This document shows, one piece after another, positions 46,640 through 56,977 of a stretch of DNA of 64,000 bases. The notes below the pieces were generated by a model that had not been told where the DNA came from, did not search any database, and worked only from the letters and a program-made list of their open reading frames with translations. The first letter of the stretch is position 1. Each line of letters begins with the position of its first letter. The translations under genes and the position numbers were made by a program. Source of the DNA: Actinomycetes bacterium (GTDB taxonomy: Bacteria; Actinomycetota; UBA4738; HRBIN12); the NCBI GenBank assembly GCA_031423155.1, contig JANPEZ010000033.1, forward strand, positions 30,125 to 94,124, written 5' to 3'.

Positions 46640-48223
46640 TCAGGCGGGGAGGGTTATGGCCCGGAGACGATCCGCGCCTATCTTCTGGGCGATGTGCTCG
46701 AGCACGTGCGCGGGAACGGGGACATCGACCGTCAGACACATCAGCGCCGATCCCCCTTCGGACTTGCGACCGACCTCCATCGTCGCGATGTTCACGCCGT
46801 GTTCACCCAAGATGGTTCCGACCTTGCCGATCACGCCCGGCACGTCTGCGTAGGTGAAGAAGATCATGTTCTCCGCCGGGGCGACATCGACATCGAAGTC
46901 GTAGACCTGCATCACGCGCTCCGCGTTGCGCTTGCCGACCAGGGTGCCACCTACGGTCACGGTGCCCTCGTCGGAATCGGCTCGAAGAGAGATCAAGCTG
47001 ACGTAGTCCTGCGAGACCGTCGATCTCATCTCGCTGACCGCTAGTCCTCGCTCCTTGGCAAGTGTGGGAGCGTTCACGAATGAGACGGGTTCGTTCACCA
47101 CACCTCGGAGGATCCCCTTCAGAACGCCGAGGGTCAGCACCCGGGTATCGGCCTCGGAGATACGGCCGAGGTAGGCGCACTCGACCTGACGGATCCCGGA
47201 CTCGGACAGTCCCGCGAGGAGAGTCCCGAGCCTCTCGGCCAGAGGAAGGAACGGACGGACGATCTCGGAGACCTCAGCGCCGGCCGAGATGTTCACCGCA
47301 TAGGGAACGAACTCTCCCTTGAGGGCGAGCCGGACCATCTCGGCAACGGTAGTGCCCGCTTTGTCCTGAGCCTCAGCCGTCGAAGCTCCCAGATGCGGCG
47401 TGACCACGACGTTGTCGAAGCCGAACAGGGGCGAGTCGGTCGTCGGTTCGGTCGCGAATACGTCGAGAGCGGCCCCTCCCAGGTGTCCGTCCTCGAGGGA
47501 CTTGGCGAGAGCGGCTTCATCGACGATGCCGCCGCGCGCGGTGTTCACGAGCCGTGCGCCCGGCTTCATGAGCGATAGTTCGTGAGCGCCGATGAGGCCT
47601 TCGGTGTCGTCGGTCCTCGGCAGGTGGATGGTCACGAAGTCGGCTTGAACGAGGAGTGCTTCGAGGGTGGGCATCACATCGACGCCCATCTCCTTGGCGC
47701 GTTCGGCACCGACGTACGGATCGAATGCGATGACCCGCATCCCGAACCCCGCTGCCCTGTGGGCCACGAGCGCCCCGACCCGACCGAGCCCGATCACGCC
47801 GATGGTCTTGCCGGCCAGCTCTACGCCCTCCCACTTGGATCGCTCCCAGGAGCCGGCCTTGAGCGCGGCGTGAGCTTGAGGCACGTTGCGCGCCTGGGCG
47901 AGCAGCAGGGCCATCGTCTGCTCGGCGGCGCTCACCACGTTGGAACGAGGAGCGTTCACGACCATGACACCGCGGCGCGTCGCGGCCTCCACGTCGACGT
48001 TGTCCAGTCCTATGCCGGCGCGCGCTATCACCTTGAGGTTCTCCGCCGCGGCCAGGACCTCAGCCGTGACGTTCGTGGCGCTACGGATGATCAGCGCGTC
48101 GTAAGGGCCGATCTCGGCAGCCAGGTCGCCTTCAGCAAGGTCGGTTCGTTCGTCAACCTGGAAGTCCTTACGCAGGAGGTCGAGTCCGGCTGCTGAGAGT
48201 TTCTCGGTAACGAGAACCCTCAC
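46640..48223 (-). CDS. serA: D-3-phosphoglycerate dehydrogenase
   Basis: VRVLVTEKLSAAGLDLL...GxGxxG NAD site IGVIGLGRVG. C-terminal ASB and ACT domains. About 528 aa. Confidence 0.9.
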   Translation of the reverse strand: MRVLVTEKLSAAGLDLLRKDFQVDERTDLAEGDLAAEIGPYDALIIRSATNVTAEVLAAAENLKVIARAGIGLDNVDVEAATRRGVMVVNAPRSNVVSAAEQTMALLLAQARNVPQAHAALKAGSWERSKWEGVELAGKTIGVIGLGRVGALVAHRAAGFGMRVIAFDPYVGAERAKEMGVDVMPTLEALLVQADFVTIHLPRTDDTEGLIGAHELSLMKPGARLVNTARGGIVDEAALAKSLEDGHLGGAALDVFATEPTTDSPLFGFDNVVVTPHLGASTAEAQDKAGTTVAEMVRLALKGEFVPYAVNISAGAEVSEIVRPFLPLAERLGTLLAGLSESGIRQVECAYLGRISEADTRVLTLGVLKGILRGVVNEPVSFVNAPTLAKERGLAVSEMRSTVSQDYVSLISLRADSDEGTVTVGGTLVGKRNAERVMQVYDFDVDVAPAENMIFFTYADVPGVIGKVGTILGEHGVNIATMEVGRKSEGGSALMCLTVDVPVPAHVLEHIAQKIGADRLRAITLPA

Positions 48224-48225
48224 GG

Positions 48226-49395
48226 CTATCGCGTCCCGGCTTCCATGAAGACGCCCTCGGCCGCGGCCACGGCGGCGCCTCGCTTGACGGGATGGCCGAG
48301 TTTCTCGAGGGTCATCTCGAGGGCGGCCAGGCCGCGGATGATGTCCAACTCGGAGAAGTATCCGAAGTGCCCGATGCGGAAGACCTTGCCCTTGAGGGGT
48401 CCTTGCCCCGGCGCAAGGACGCACCCGTGATCGGCCCTAACGGTTGCGCAGATGACATCGGCGTCGGCGGCCTCCGGAGCCCGGATCGCCGTCACTGTCC
48501 AGTTGTCCTCCAGGCCTTCGCCGAAAAGGTCCAGACCCAGCGCCCTGACCCCTTCCTTGACGGCTCGCGAGAGCATCTCGTGTCGCCTCAGAGCGACCTC
48601 GACGCCGTCCTGGAAATAGAGCTCGAGCGCCGCCTGCAGGCCCAACATCACACTGATGGCCGGCGTCCAGGGGTTCTCCGGATCGGGGAGGGACGCGAAC
48701 CGCTTGTAGACCCTCCAGTCGAAGTAGAAACGAGGGTTGGTCGAGGTCTCGGTGGCCGCCCAGGCTCTGTCGCTGATAGCGGCGAAGGCGATGCCGGGCG
48801 AGGCCGACAGTGCCTTCTGCGAACCCCCCAGGGCAACGTCGAGCCCCCATGCGTCGAACTCGACCGGCACGGCGCCGAGCGAGCTGACGACGTCGGCCAC
48901 CACGAGGGCACCTGCCTCGCGAGCCACGCTTGCGAGTTCTTCGATCGGCTGGATCACCCCCGTCGAGGTCTCGCTCTGCGTCAGTAGCACGGCCTTGACG
49001 GGATGCTCTGCGAGAGCGTCGGCGATCTCGGCCGGGACGATCCTTCGTCCCCACTCGTAGTCGACCGTCCGCACGATGAGGCCGTAGGCCTCCGCCAGTT
49101 GCTTCCAGCGATCGGCGAAGAATCCGGCAACCGGAACGAGTACCTCGTCTCCTGGCGAGAAGCAGTTCTGGATCGCCGACTCCAGGGCTCCGGTTCCGCT
49201 GGAAGTCATCAGGAGGATGTCCGCCGACTCGGTCCTGTAGAGCTCCTTCAACCTGGCGGTAACGTCGCGCATGATCGCCCCGAAAGCGGGCCCGCGGTGA
49301 TACACGAGAGGACTTCCCTGCGCCAGGAGCACCTCCGGAGGGATCGGAGTAGGTCCGGGAGCCAGGATGATCTCCGGCCTGTTCAACTGACTCAA
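48226..49395 (-). CDS. serC: class V aminotransferase (phosphoserine aminotransferase-type, SerC analog)
   Basis: 389 aa with the GGSQKALSASPG PLP-Lys region. Adjacent to serA. Confidence 0.8.
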   Translation of the reverse strand: MSQLNRPEIILAPGPTPIPPEVLLAQGSPLVYHRGPAFGAIMRDVTARLKELYRTESADILLMTSSGTGALESAIQNCFSPGDEVLVPVAGFFADRWKQLAEAYGLIVRTVDYEWGRRIVPAEIADALAEHPVKAVLLTQSETSTGVIQPIEELASVAREAGALVVADVVSSLGAVPVEFDAWGLDVALGGSQKALSASPGIAFAAISDRAWAATETSTNPRFYFDWRVYKRFASLPDPENPWTPAISVMLGLQAALELYFQDGVEVALRRHEMLSRAVKEGVRALGLDLFGEGLEDNWTVTAIRAPEAADADVICATVRADHGCVLAPGQGPLKGKVFRIGHFGYFSELDIIRGLAALEMTLEKLGHPVKRGAAVAAAEGVFMEAGTR

Positions 49396-49505
49396 CTCCT
49401 GAGGGGTCGGCGAACTTCAAGACTATCAGCGGGTGCTCGCGCGACCCGGGAAGCGGCCACGCTTGACGGCCCCTATCATCTGGCGGGCCCGACCGGAAAG
49501 GACTC

Positions 49506-52500
49506 GTGGCCACCCTTCGGTTCCTCCTCAAACGCTTCATAGCCCAGCGAGGGTTGGGGCTGGCCGTGGTGGTCACACTCGCCTTCAGCATCGGCGTGAT
49601 GGTGGCCGGGCCTATCTACGCCGACGCAGCCAGGGAGGCCATCGTTTCCTCCGCCCTTTCAACCGCCGACGTCACGGTGGTCAACACCAGGTTCAGCGTC
49701 TACGCGGAAGCCGGCTTCGATCTCGCCGGGGCGGACTCGTCGATCACCAGCCTCACGGGAACCATCCCGCTGACGGCTCTGGTCCGACAGGGGCGTGGTC
49801 CGGTCGTCATCGGCGCTGACACAGCCACATATCAGACGAACGCGATCTTCAGAGAAGGCGCCGAGGATCACCTTCCGGCATTCAGGGGCAGAGCCCCTCG
49901 GGTTGGAGAGATCGCCCTTCCGGCCACCCTCGCCATAGATCTCAACGCGCGCATCGGCGACGAGGTGGTCATCTCCGGAACAGCGGACGCCCGTCCGGTT
50001 CGTCTCCTCGTCACTGCAACGTTCTCGACTCCGGAAGCCGGCGACCCGTTCTGGTTCGGAAGCAAGAGCCCGTTCGCGGAACCGGATTCAGCGCAGCCCA
50101 TACCCGTGCTGATGAGCCGGGGCGGCTACTTCGACATCTGGAACGAGCTCGGCACGACCACGGAGTTCGTCTGGGATGCGTACATCGATCTCAGCCAGCT
50201 CACATTCACCGAGGCCAACGACCTTCCCGCGGCGGCGCGCCGAATCACCGATCAACTGCGGACGCATCCCGGGCTGGAAACTCTTCAAGCTGCCCATGGA
50301 CTCGACACCCTGCTCGTCGTAGTTCGCCAACGGATCGAGAACCTTCGCGTTCCGATCTTCCTTGTCGTCTTCCAGATAGGTGCGGTGACCTTGGCCGTCC
50401 TGGCCGGGGTCGGGTCTCTCACCCTGACCAGGCAGGCGTTCGAACTGGCGGTCCTGCACTCCCGCGGACTCTCGCGCCGGATATTGCTCCTTGCCCAAGC
50501 GGCCCAGGCCGCGTTGATGGCGGCTCTCTCCTACCCCCTGGGCCTGCTTCTCGGCTTGGGATTGGCGAAGCTGGGGAGCGGATCGAACGGACCTACCCTT
50601 CCGGGGACCCTCTTCCCGGTTCGGATGAACGCGAACGCCGAGCTACTCGGCCTGATCGTGGCGGTCGTCGGGGCAGCGATCTTGCTGCTCCTTTCTGTGC
50701 CCCACGTTCGCCGCACGGTTCTGGAGCAGCGAAGAACGGTGTCGCGTGAGGATCGCCCACCTCTCCTTCGGCTCCCGATCGAACTGTTCTTGCTGCCTGT
50801 CGGGATCTTCTCCTTCATTCAGCTACGCGCCCAGGGGAAGCCGAAACCGGGCGCGGGGACGATAGACCCGCTCGTTCTGCTTGCGCCAACGCTCCTGATC
50901 TTCGCGTGTTCCTTCCTGGCGCTGCGACTGCTGATGGTTGGACTCAGGGCCGCCGATCGTGCCATCGGGCGCTCGCGCTCGCTCAGCAGATACCTGGCCT
51001 TCAGGAGACTCGGCAGAGCTCCCGGTATCGGATTCGCGGCCGCGCTCCTGCTCCTCCTTTCGATAGGACTGCTGGTCGTATCGACGTCTTACCGGGCGAT
51101 CGCCCTCAGAAGCCACCAAGACGGCGCTCACCAGATCGTTGGGGGCGACTGGCGCATCCAGGTAGCCAGCCCGGATCAACCCATCCGCGCGATCGCGGCG
51201 ATGCCTCCCTCGACGACCCCGCTCGTCAGAACCCAGCCTTTCTTCCAGAGTGGCCGATTCTCCGACGTGCCGATCGCACTGGCGATCGATCCCGCAACCT
51301 TCTCCGACGGAGGCTGGTGGCGCTCGGACTACTCGACGACATCGCTCGATCGCTTGCTCGATGGCCTGCGAACAGACCCGTTCGGGATAGAGCTTCCTCC
51401 GGAGGCCGGTGGGATGACGGTCGAGATGACCGCCCCATCACAGGCCGCGGGCTTGGTTATGGCGGCGACCTTCGAGCTCGGCGACCGGACGATCATCACA
51501 TCCGAGGCTGGGGTCGTGCGCTCGGGCTCTCACACGTATGGGTTCGACGCGGCCGGCGCGAACCGGTTGCTCTCGATCTCGCTGGCGGATCCCGTAGGCG
51601 GGGAACTGCCTTCCTCCCTGGACCTGGAGATCGGACCCATTTTCGCCGGCGGACAGGAGATATCGACGGACGCATTCACCCCGATGACCTGGAGGGGCTC
51701 AGGCGGCGACCTTCGCGGCGGCTCGTTCCAGCTATCCCCCGGGCTGGGGGAGGTCGTCGGCGGACTGGTTCCGGTCTCGAGTCCGCTCCCCGTGATCGCC
51801 TCGACCTCCGTCGCCGAGCAGCTGGGCGAGGGATTCCCCGTCACCCTTGGAGCGCAACAGTTCCGGACGGTCACGATCGCAGTGGCCGAGTCCTTCCCGA
51901 CCGTCTCACCCGGTGGGGCCTTCATCGTGGTGCCGGCCGACTACCTCCTCGAACGCGCGGCGGCCATCCCCGAGGCGGGCTTGGCGCTGAACGAGGTGTG
52001 GGCCAACGGGGAGACCGACCCTCTGCCTGCCTTGGAGAGAGCCGGGTTCATCCCCGGTACGGTCGAACAGACGGCGCCGATAGTGGGCTCGCTCGCCCAG
52101 CTCCCTCAGAGCCTGGCGGTGGGTCTGGAGTTCACATCGGCGGCGGCGGGCCTGGGTCTGGTCATCATCGGCGTCGCGGTCGGCCTTGCGGTCTCCCAAA
52201 GGAGGCGCGACTTCGAATTCGCCGCGATGCGGGCGATGGGAGCCGAACCCTCACACCTGCGCCGCGCGTTGATCATGGAACAGACGGTGCTGCTCGGGTT
52301 CTCCGTCGCGGCCGGCCTGGCGGTGGGCTACCTGATGCTGAAACTGATGTTGCCCTACTTCGGCCGGGACATCGGCGTCGCATTCCCCGAGCCGATCCTG
52401 GTCGTCGATGGCAGAGCTCTCGTGGTCTCCGTGATCGCGATAGTCGTCGCAACGAGCTTCAGCTCTTGGCTCTCGCTCCGCTCCTTGATGCGCTCGTCCG

Positions 52501-52532
52501 TTACCGGGGTACTGCGAGGCGAGGCCGAATGA
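49506..52532 (+). CDS. ABC transporter permease with duplicated FtsX-like 4-TM domains and large extracytoplasmic loops (MacB-like)
   Basis: 1008 aa. An N-terminal TM helix, a large extracellular domain, then TM bundles around residues 290-420 and again at the C-terminus. Confidence 0.8.
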   Translation: MATLRFLLKRFIAQRGLGLAVVVTLAFSIGVMVAGPIYADAAREAIVSSALSTADVTVVNTRFSVYAEAGFDLAGADSSITSLTGTIPLTALVRQGRGPVVIGADTATYQTNAIFREGAEDHLPAFRGRAPRVGEIALPATLAIDLNARIGDEVVISGTADARPVRLLVTATFSTPEAGDPFWFGSKSPFAEPDSAQPIPVLMSRGGYFDIWNELGTTTEFVWDAYIDLSQLTFTEANDLPAAARRITDQLRTHPGLETLQAAHGLDTLLVVVRQRIENLRVPIFLVVFQIGAVTLAVLAGVGSLTLTRQAFELAVLHSRGLSRRILLLAQAAQAALMAALSYPLGLLLGLGLAKLGSGSNGPTLPGTLFPVRMNANAELLGLIVAVVGAAILLLLSVPHVRRTVLEQRRTVSREDRPPLLRLPIELFLLPVGIFSFIQLRAQGKPKPGAGTIDPLVLLAPTLLIFACSFLALRLLMVGLRAADRAIGRSRSLSRYLAFRRLGRAPGIGFAAALLLLLSIGLLVVSTSYRAIALRSHQDGAHQIVGGDWRIQVASPDQPIRAIAAMPPSTTPLVRTQPFFQSGRFSDVPIALAIDPATFSDGGWWRSDYSTTSLDRLLDGLRTDPFGIELPPEAGGMTVEMTAPSQAAGLVMAATFELGDRTIITSEAGVVRSGSHTYGFDAAGANRLLSISLADPVGGELPSSLDLEIGPIFAGGQEISTDAFTPMTWRGSGGDLRGGSFQLSPGLGEVVGGLVPVSSPLPVIASTSVAEQLGEGFPVTLGAQQFRTVTIAVAESFPTVSPGGAFIVVPADYLLERAAAIPEAGLALNEVWANGETDPLPALERAGFIPGTVEQTAPIVGSLAQLPQSLAVGLEFTSAAAGLGLVIIGVAVGLAVSQRRRDFEFAAMRAMGAEPSHLRRALIMEQTVLLGFSVAAGLAVGYLMLKLMLPYFGRDIGVAFPEPILVVDGRALVVSVIAIVVATSFSSWLSLRSLMRSSVTGVLRGEAE

Positions 52533-53395
52533 TGTCTCTCCCGCCCGACAGCTTCGTCGCCAAGTCCCAAGACCTGCTGGTCCGGTTCCGTCACGTGTTC
52601 AAGGTTTACCGGGTGGCGGACACCGGCATCGTCGCTCTGGGCGGGATCACCTTCGATATCCCCCGTGGGGAGTTCCTGGCCGTGGTCGGCCCCAGCGGCG
52701 CCGGGAAGTCCACGATCTTGAACCTGATAGGTGGCCTGGATCGCGCCTCTGCGGGAGAGATCGAGGTCGACGGGCGAGATCTCGGACTGCTTTCCGATGA
52801 TGAGTTGACGAGCTACCGAGCCGAGCGGGTCGGATTCGTCTGGCAAGGAACCGCGCGAAACCTGGTCCCCTACCTATCCGTCCGCGAGAACGTGCGACTG
52901 CCCGCGGCCATACATCGCGATTCCGCATCGGTCCGGCGCCGGGACGCCGATGAGCTCCTGGAGCTGGTGGGGATGGGCGAACGCCGGCGCCACCTACCGG
53001 GTCAACTCTCCGGGGGAGAGCAGCAGCGCGTGGCGATAGCCGTTGCCCTGGCCAACACACCCGACATCTTGCTGGCCGATGAGCCGACGGCCGAACTGGA
53101 CTCGGAGTCGGCCGAGAACGTAGTGGAGGTCTTCCGGGCCGTGAACCACGAGTTCGGGGTAACGATCGTTATGGTTACACACGACCTGGCTGCGGCTCGA
53201 CGCGCGCACGTTCGGGTGCGCGTAAGGGACGGGCGCCTCATCAAGGAGGGCACTCCTGTTGAACCCATCGAACCGGATGGGCGGCTCAGGCTTCCCGATG
53301 AGGTCGTGGCCGCGTTGGGTGGACTCGAACTCGAATCGGAGTTCGAAGGCGGAGAGCTGCGACTGCGGCGAAGGAGCGATACCGGCCATGCCTGA
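52529..53395 (+). CDS. ABC transporter ATP-binding protein 1
   Basis: ATGA overlap with the permease. Walker A GPSGAGKST, signature LSGGEQQRVAIAVAL, and a C-terminal about 50-aa extension. Confidence 0.85.
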   Translation: MMSLPPDSFVAKSQDLLVRFRHVFKVYRVADTGIVALGGITFDIPRGEFLAVVGPSGAGKSTILNLIGGLDRASAGEIEVDGRDLGLLSDDELTSYRAERVGFVWQGTARNLVPYLSVRENVRLPAAIHRDSASVRRRDADELLELVGMGERRRHLPGQLSGGEQQRVAIAVALANTPDILLADEPTAELDSESAENVVEVFRAVNHEFGVTIVMVTHDLAAARRAHVRVRVRDGRLIKEGTPVEPIEPDGRLRLPDEVVAALGGLELESEFEGGELRLRRRSDTGHA

Positions 53396-54101
53396 GCCTC
53401 TGCTTCGAGCCGAAGGCATCGTCCGCCGGCACCGAGGGGCCGGGGGTGTTCTTGCCGTCCGAGGGGCTTCACTTTCCCTGCAGCCCAAGGACTTCGTGGC
53501 TCTGATGGGCCCGTCGGGCTCGGGCAAGACGACCTTCATCGGGGTACTTGCGGCGCTCGACCGGCCCGATGAAGGCACCTTGTCCTGGAAGGGCCAGGAT
53601 CCCTTCTCGATGTCTCACGACCAGACCATGGCGCTGCGACGAACAGGCATGGGCGTGGTCTTCCAGAGCTTCGGGCTACTCCCGACGCTCTCGGCGGCCG
53701 AGAACGTCGAACTCCCGCTGAGGGTCGCGGGGGTGAACCTGGACGAAGGGCGCGAGCGGGCCCTGGGGTGGCTCGAGCGCTTAGGACTGGCCGATCGGGC
53801 GGACAACCGCACCTTCGAGCTGTCCGCCGGGCAGCAACAGCGAGTGGCTGTGGCGCGCGCGCTGATCGCCGAACCTGAGGTCGTCCTTGCGGACGAGCCG
53901 ATAGCCGAGGTCGACACCGAGAACGCCGATCTGATCCTGGAGGCGCTCTGGGACGTGATCGGCCGCGGCGGCGCGGTCCTTGCCGCAACTCACAACCCGG
54001 AGGCCCTGCGCTACGCGAGTCGAGTCGTTCTCTTCAAGGACGGACAGATCCAGGCCGAGGGGTCACCCGAGGATCTGGCCGGTCACCTGACCACCGACTA
54101 G
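53388..54101 (+). CDS. ABC transporter ATP-binding protein 2
   Basis: ATGCCTGA overlap with ATPase 1. Walker A GPSGSGKTT, signature LSAGQQQRVAVARAL. Confidence 0.85.
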   Translation: MPEPLLRAEGIVRRHRGAGGVLAVRGASLSLQPKDFVALMGPSGSGKTTFIGVLAALDRPDEGTLSWKGQDPFSMSHDQTMALRRTGMGVVFQSFGLLPTLSAAENVELPLRVAGVNLDEGRERALGWLERLGLADRADNRTFELSAGQQQRVAVARALIAEPEVVLADEPIAEVDTENADLILEALWDVIGRGGAVLAATHNPEALRYASRVVLFKDGQIQAEGSPEDLAGHLTTD

Positions 54102-55324
54102 TCCTGGGGAACCAGCGACCGCAGGTCGGTATCGGGATCCTCTAGTGCCTGCGGGTCCGGAACGATCTGAGACCGGATGAGCCCGAAGGATCGGCGCACG
54201 TCGCGCTTGTAGTCGAGTGAGACGCTCGAGCGAACCACGCCCCTTTCGTCCAGCAGGAACGCACAGAACGAGCCCTCCTCGAGCGACCCGCGCACGATCA
54301 TCCGATCCCAGGTGGGAGCGAACCCGGCCATCTGGATCTGGGAGTCGTACTGGTCGGACCAGAACCAGTGAGGATCGTCGAACACCTCGGAACCGCCGAG
54401 CATGTTGCGCGCGGCCGTTGCTCCCATCTTGATGGCGTTGTCGAAATGTTCGACGCGGATCGGACCGAAGACGGGGTGCTCATGACGGGCGACATCTCCG
54501 GCAGCGAAGACACCGGGGATAGCGGTCTCAAGGGTGGGTCCCACCGGGATCCCTGCGGGATCATCGAGGCCGGTGCCGGTCATGACGTCCATCGCGGGCT
54601 CGGTCCCTATCCCGACGACGACCAGGTCGGCCTCGAGCGAGAGTCCCCCGGAAGTGACCACCCGCTCCACCCGAAGATCACCCTCGAACCGTTCGACCTT
54701 GTCGTTGAAGTGCATGGTGACCCCGTGATCGCGATGCAGGCGCTCCACAACCCGTCCCAACTCGGGGCCTAGAACTCGGAACAGCGTCGTTTCGAAGATC
54801 TCCACGACTGTCACGATGCAGCCCATCTCGGCCAGGGAGGCCGCCACCTCGGCACCGATGAAACCCATCCCGATGCAGACGACCTTGGCCCCTGAGCTCG
54901 CGGCGGCGCGGATCTCGTCGGAGTCGCCCACCGTTCGCAGATCGGATATGCCGGGAAGGTCCGATCCTTCGACATCGAGCCGCCGGTTGCGGCTGCCCGT
55001 CGCAACCAGGAGACGTTCGTAGCCGATGCGCTCTCCTCCGGCCAGCACAACCTCTCGGGTCGCGGGCTCGATCTGTACGACGGTCGTTCCGGTTCTCAGA
55101 TCTATGCCGTTGTCGGCGTACCAGAGGGCCGGCCGCACGAACGTGTCGTCTATCGATGATCCGCCGCGCAGATACTCCTTGGACAACGCCGGCCGCTCAT
55201 AGGGAACCAGGTCCTCTGCGCCGAGCATCACGATCGGTCCGTCGAATCCGGAATCCCTGAGCGTCGCGGCAGCCGTAGCGGCGCACAGACTTGCCCCGAC
55301 TATGACGAAGGGCGAACCCGTCAA
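54098..55324 (-). CDS. FAD-dependent ferredoxin--NAD(P)+ reductase (putidaredoxin-reductase-like)
   Basis: FVIVGASLCAATAA, the FAD site, then a second Rossmann motif VVCIGMGFIGAEVA. 408 aa. Confidence 0.85.
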   Translation of the reverse strand: MTGSPFVIVGASLCAATAAATLRDSGFDGPIVMLGAEDLVPYERPALSKEYLRGGSSIDDTFVRPALWYADNGIDLRTGTTVVQIEPATREVVLAGGERIGYERLLVATGSRNRRLDVEGSDLPGISDLRTVGDSDEIRAAASSGAKVVCIGMGFIGAEVAASLAEMGCIVTVVEIFETTLFRVLGPELGRVVERLHRDHGVTMHFNDKVERFEGDLRVERVVTSGGLSLEADLVVVGIGTEPAMDVMTGTGLDDPAGIPVGPTLETAIPGVFAAGDVARHEHPVFGPIRVEHFDNAIKMGATAARNMLGGSEVFDDPHWFWSDQYDSQIQMAGFAPTWDRMIVRGSLEEGSFCAFLLDERGVVRSSVSLDYKRDVRRSFGLIRSQIVPDPQALEDPDTDLRSLVPQD

Positions 55325-55632
55325 ACCCCTACCTGCAGATCCTCGCCGTCCTCGCGTACTTCGAAGACCTCGATCGGATCGACCGCCGGCCCATCGAGGA
55401 CCTCACCGGTCTTCATGTCGAATCGGCTGCCGTGGCATTCGCACTCGATCGCGGTGCCGTCGATGTCTCCTCCCGACGACAGGTTGCACTGGCGGTGCGT
55501 GCAGATGTCGCTGAAAGCGAAGAGCTCCCCGCCCGAACGCGCCACCGCGATCAGCTGGCCGTCGACGTCGAAGGCCATCGCCTGTCCTTCGCCGATCTCC
55601 TCACCTTTGCCTACGGATCGAAACTCGGGCAT
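55321..55632 (-). CDS. Rieske [2Fe-2S] ferredoxin
   Basis: CTHRQCNL and CECHGSRF, the two CxH/CxxH boxes. 103 aa. 4-nt overlap with the reductase gene. Confidence 0.85.
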   Translation of the reverse strand: MPEFRSVGKGEEIGEGQAMAFDVDGQLIAVARSGGELFAFSDICTHRQCNLSSGGDIDGTAIECECHGSRFDMKTGEVLDGPAVDPIEVFEVREDGEDLQVGV

Positions 55633-55709
55633 GTCTTGCTTCCTCCCTCTCGCTCGGGCCGATCACTGCCATCGAAGCTTAAGCCCACTCCGCGATCCGC
55701 CAAGCACGT

Positions 55710-56975
55710 CTAGCCGGGGGGTCGGGTCGGCTCCAGCATCGGCCTGAGCAGGTACATGACTCCGAGTCCGATGTAGAAACCCGTCAGCATCAGCAGCCCG
55801 CCCCTCGTCTCTATCAGTAGCAGAGCCGGAAGGCAGGCGCCGGCAACCCAGGCGATCTGGAACATCACCTCGTAGCGAACGAAGACCCGTCCCAAAGCGC
55901 CCGCGGGGGCGTGCTCTTGCATGAGGCTCTGGAACGCCAGTCGCCCGAACTCGGTGGCCGACCCGGCCGAAAGGGCGAAGACGGCCAGGGCTACGAGTCC
56001 GAACAGTTCGAAGGCGATCACAGCTCCGAACGCGGCTACGAGGACGCATCCCACGACGACCGCCTCCTCGCGCAGGGTCTCCGGCAGTCGAGGGGCAAAG
56101 ACGTCCGCTAGGAACGCACCGGTGACCCCGGCGGCGGCCAGCACGCCGAACCACCACGAGGGCTCACCTCCGCGGCGAAGCGCGAACGCCAGCAGGAACA
56201 GGAGGAACCCGCTTCCCGCTCGAAGTCCCACCGCCCCGACCGCGGCCCCCGTGAGCGCCGGCACCTTACCCCGACGCCCTACCTTGTCGGGTCGATCGCG
56301 CTCGACCTTCGGGTGAGGCAGCCGCAGCGTCAGAGCCGCGGAGATCAGATAGACGACCGCTCCTAGGTAGATGGGGCCCGAGGCGCCGAACCATCTCAGG
56401 AAGAGCAGACCCAGCGGGGTAGCCGCCAACGCGCCACCGACGGCGACCCTGCCGAGACGGGCGTTCGCCCTCATCAGACCCTCGTTGGGCGCCGCGTAGG
56501 CGGCCGTCAGACCGTTCTTCGTTATCGCGTGGACCTTGGAGGCAACAAGGATGCTGAGCGCTGCCGGGAACAGCACATTGGTTCCTATGCGGGGAGCCAT
56601 GTATACCGCCACTCCGGCTCTTGCTGCCGCGGCGAGCAGCGAGATCACTCGGCGGGGCCCTGCGCGATCCAGGGGAACGACCAGAAGGGGTCCGGCAACG
56701 GCCAGGGGCAGCATCGTGAGCAGGAGGTAGGCGGCCACCTTCAGCTTCGCCTCGTCCACGGGCAGCGAGAAAAAGACGGTGTCGGCCAGAGCCAGCGCGA
56801 TGAGTGCGTCACCACCCGCGCTCGTGAAATGAACGAGGCCGTACCCGTCCAGCGGCCCTTTCGATCTCCACATCCTGCGCAGCGGCCAGACGATCGCTTC
56901 GGCAAGACCTGCCAGTCCGAGCAGGACGAGCTGCCACCAGGGATAGCGTGGAGGTCGTTGCTGCTGGACGCGCAC
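55710..56975 (-). CDS. MFS transporter
   Basis: 421 aa, multiple TM helices. Confidence 0.75.
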   Translation of the reverse strand: MRVQQQRPPRYPWWQLVLLGLAGLAEAIVWPLRRMWRSKGPLDGYGLVHFTSAGGDALIALALADTVFFSLPVDEAKLKVAAYLLLTMLPLAVAGPLLVVPLDRAGPRRVISLLAAAARAGVAVYMAPRIGTNVLFPAALSILVASKVHAITKNGLTAAYAAPNEGLMRANARLGRVAVGGALAATPLGLLFLRWFGASGPIYLGAVVYLISAALTLRLPHPKVERDRPDKVGRRGKVPALTGAAVGAVGLRAGSGFLLFLLAFALRRGGEPSWWFGVLAAAGVTGAFLADVFAPRLPETLREEAVVVGCVLVAAFGAVIAFELFGLVALAVFALSAGSATEFGRLAFQSLMQEHAPAGALGRVFVRYEVMFQIAWVAGACLPALLLIETRGGLLMLTGFYIGLGVMYLLRPMLEPTRPPG

Positions 56976-56977
56976 GA

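Noticed and set aside
50906-53395. 829-aa ORF inside the large permease gene running into ATPase 1
   Set aside because: Out-of-frame, Arg-rich read-through of the permease. The ATPase begins at the ATG at 52529, which overlaps the permease stop.
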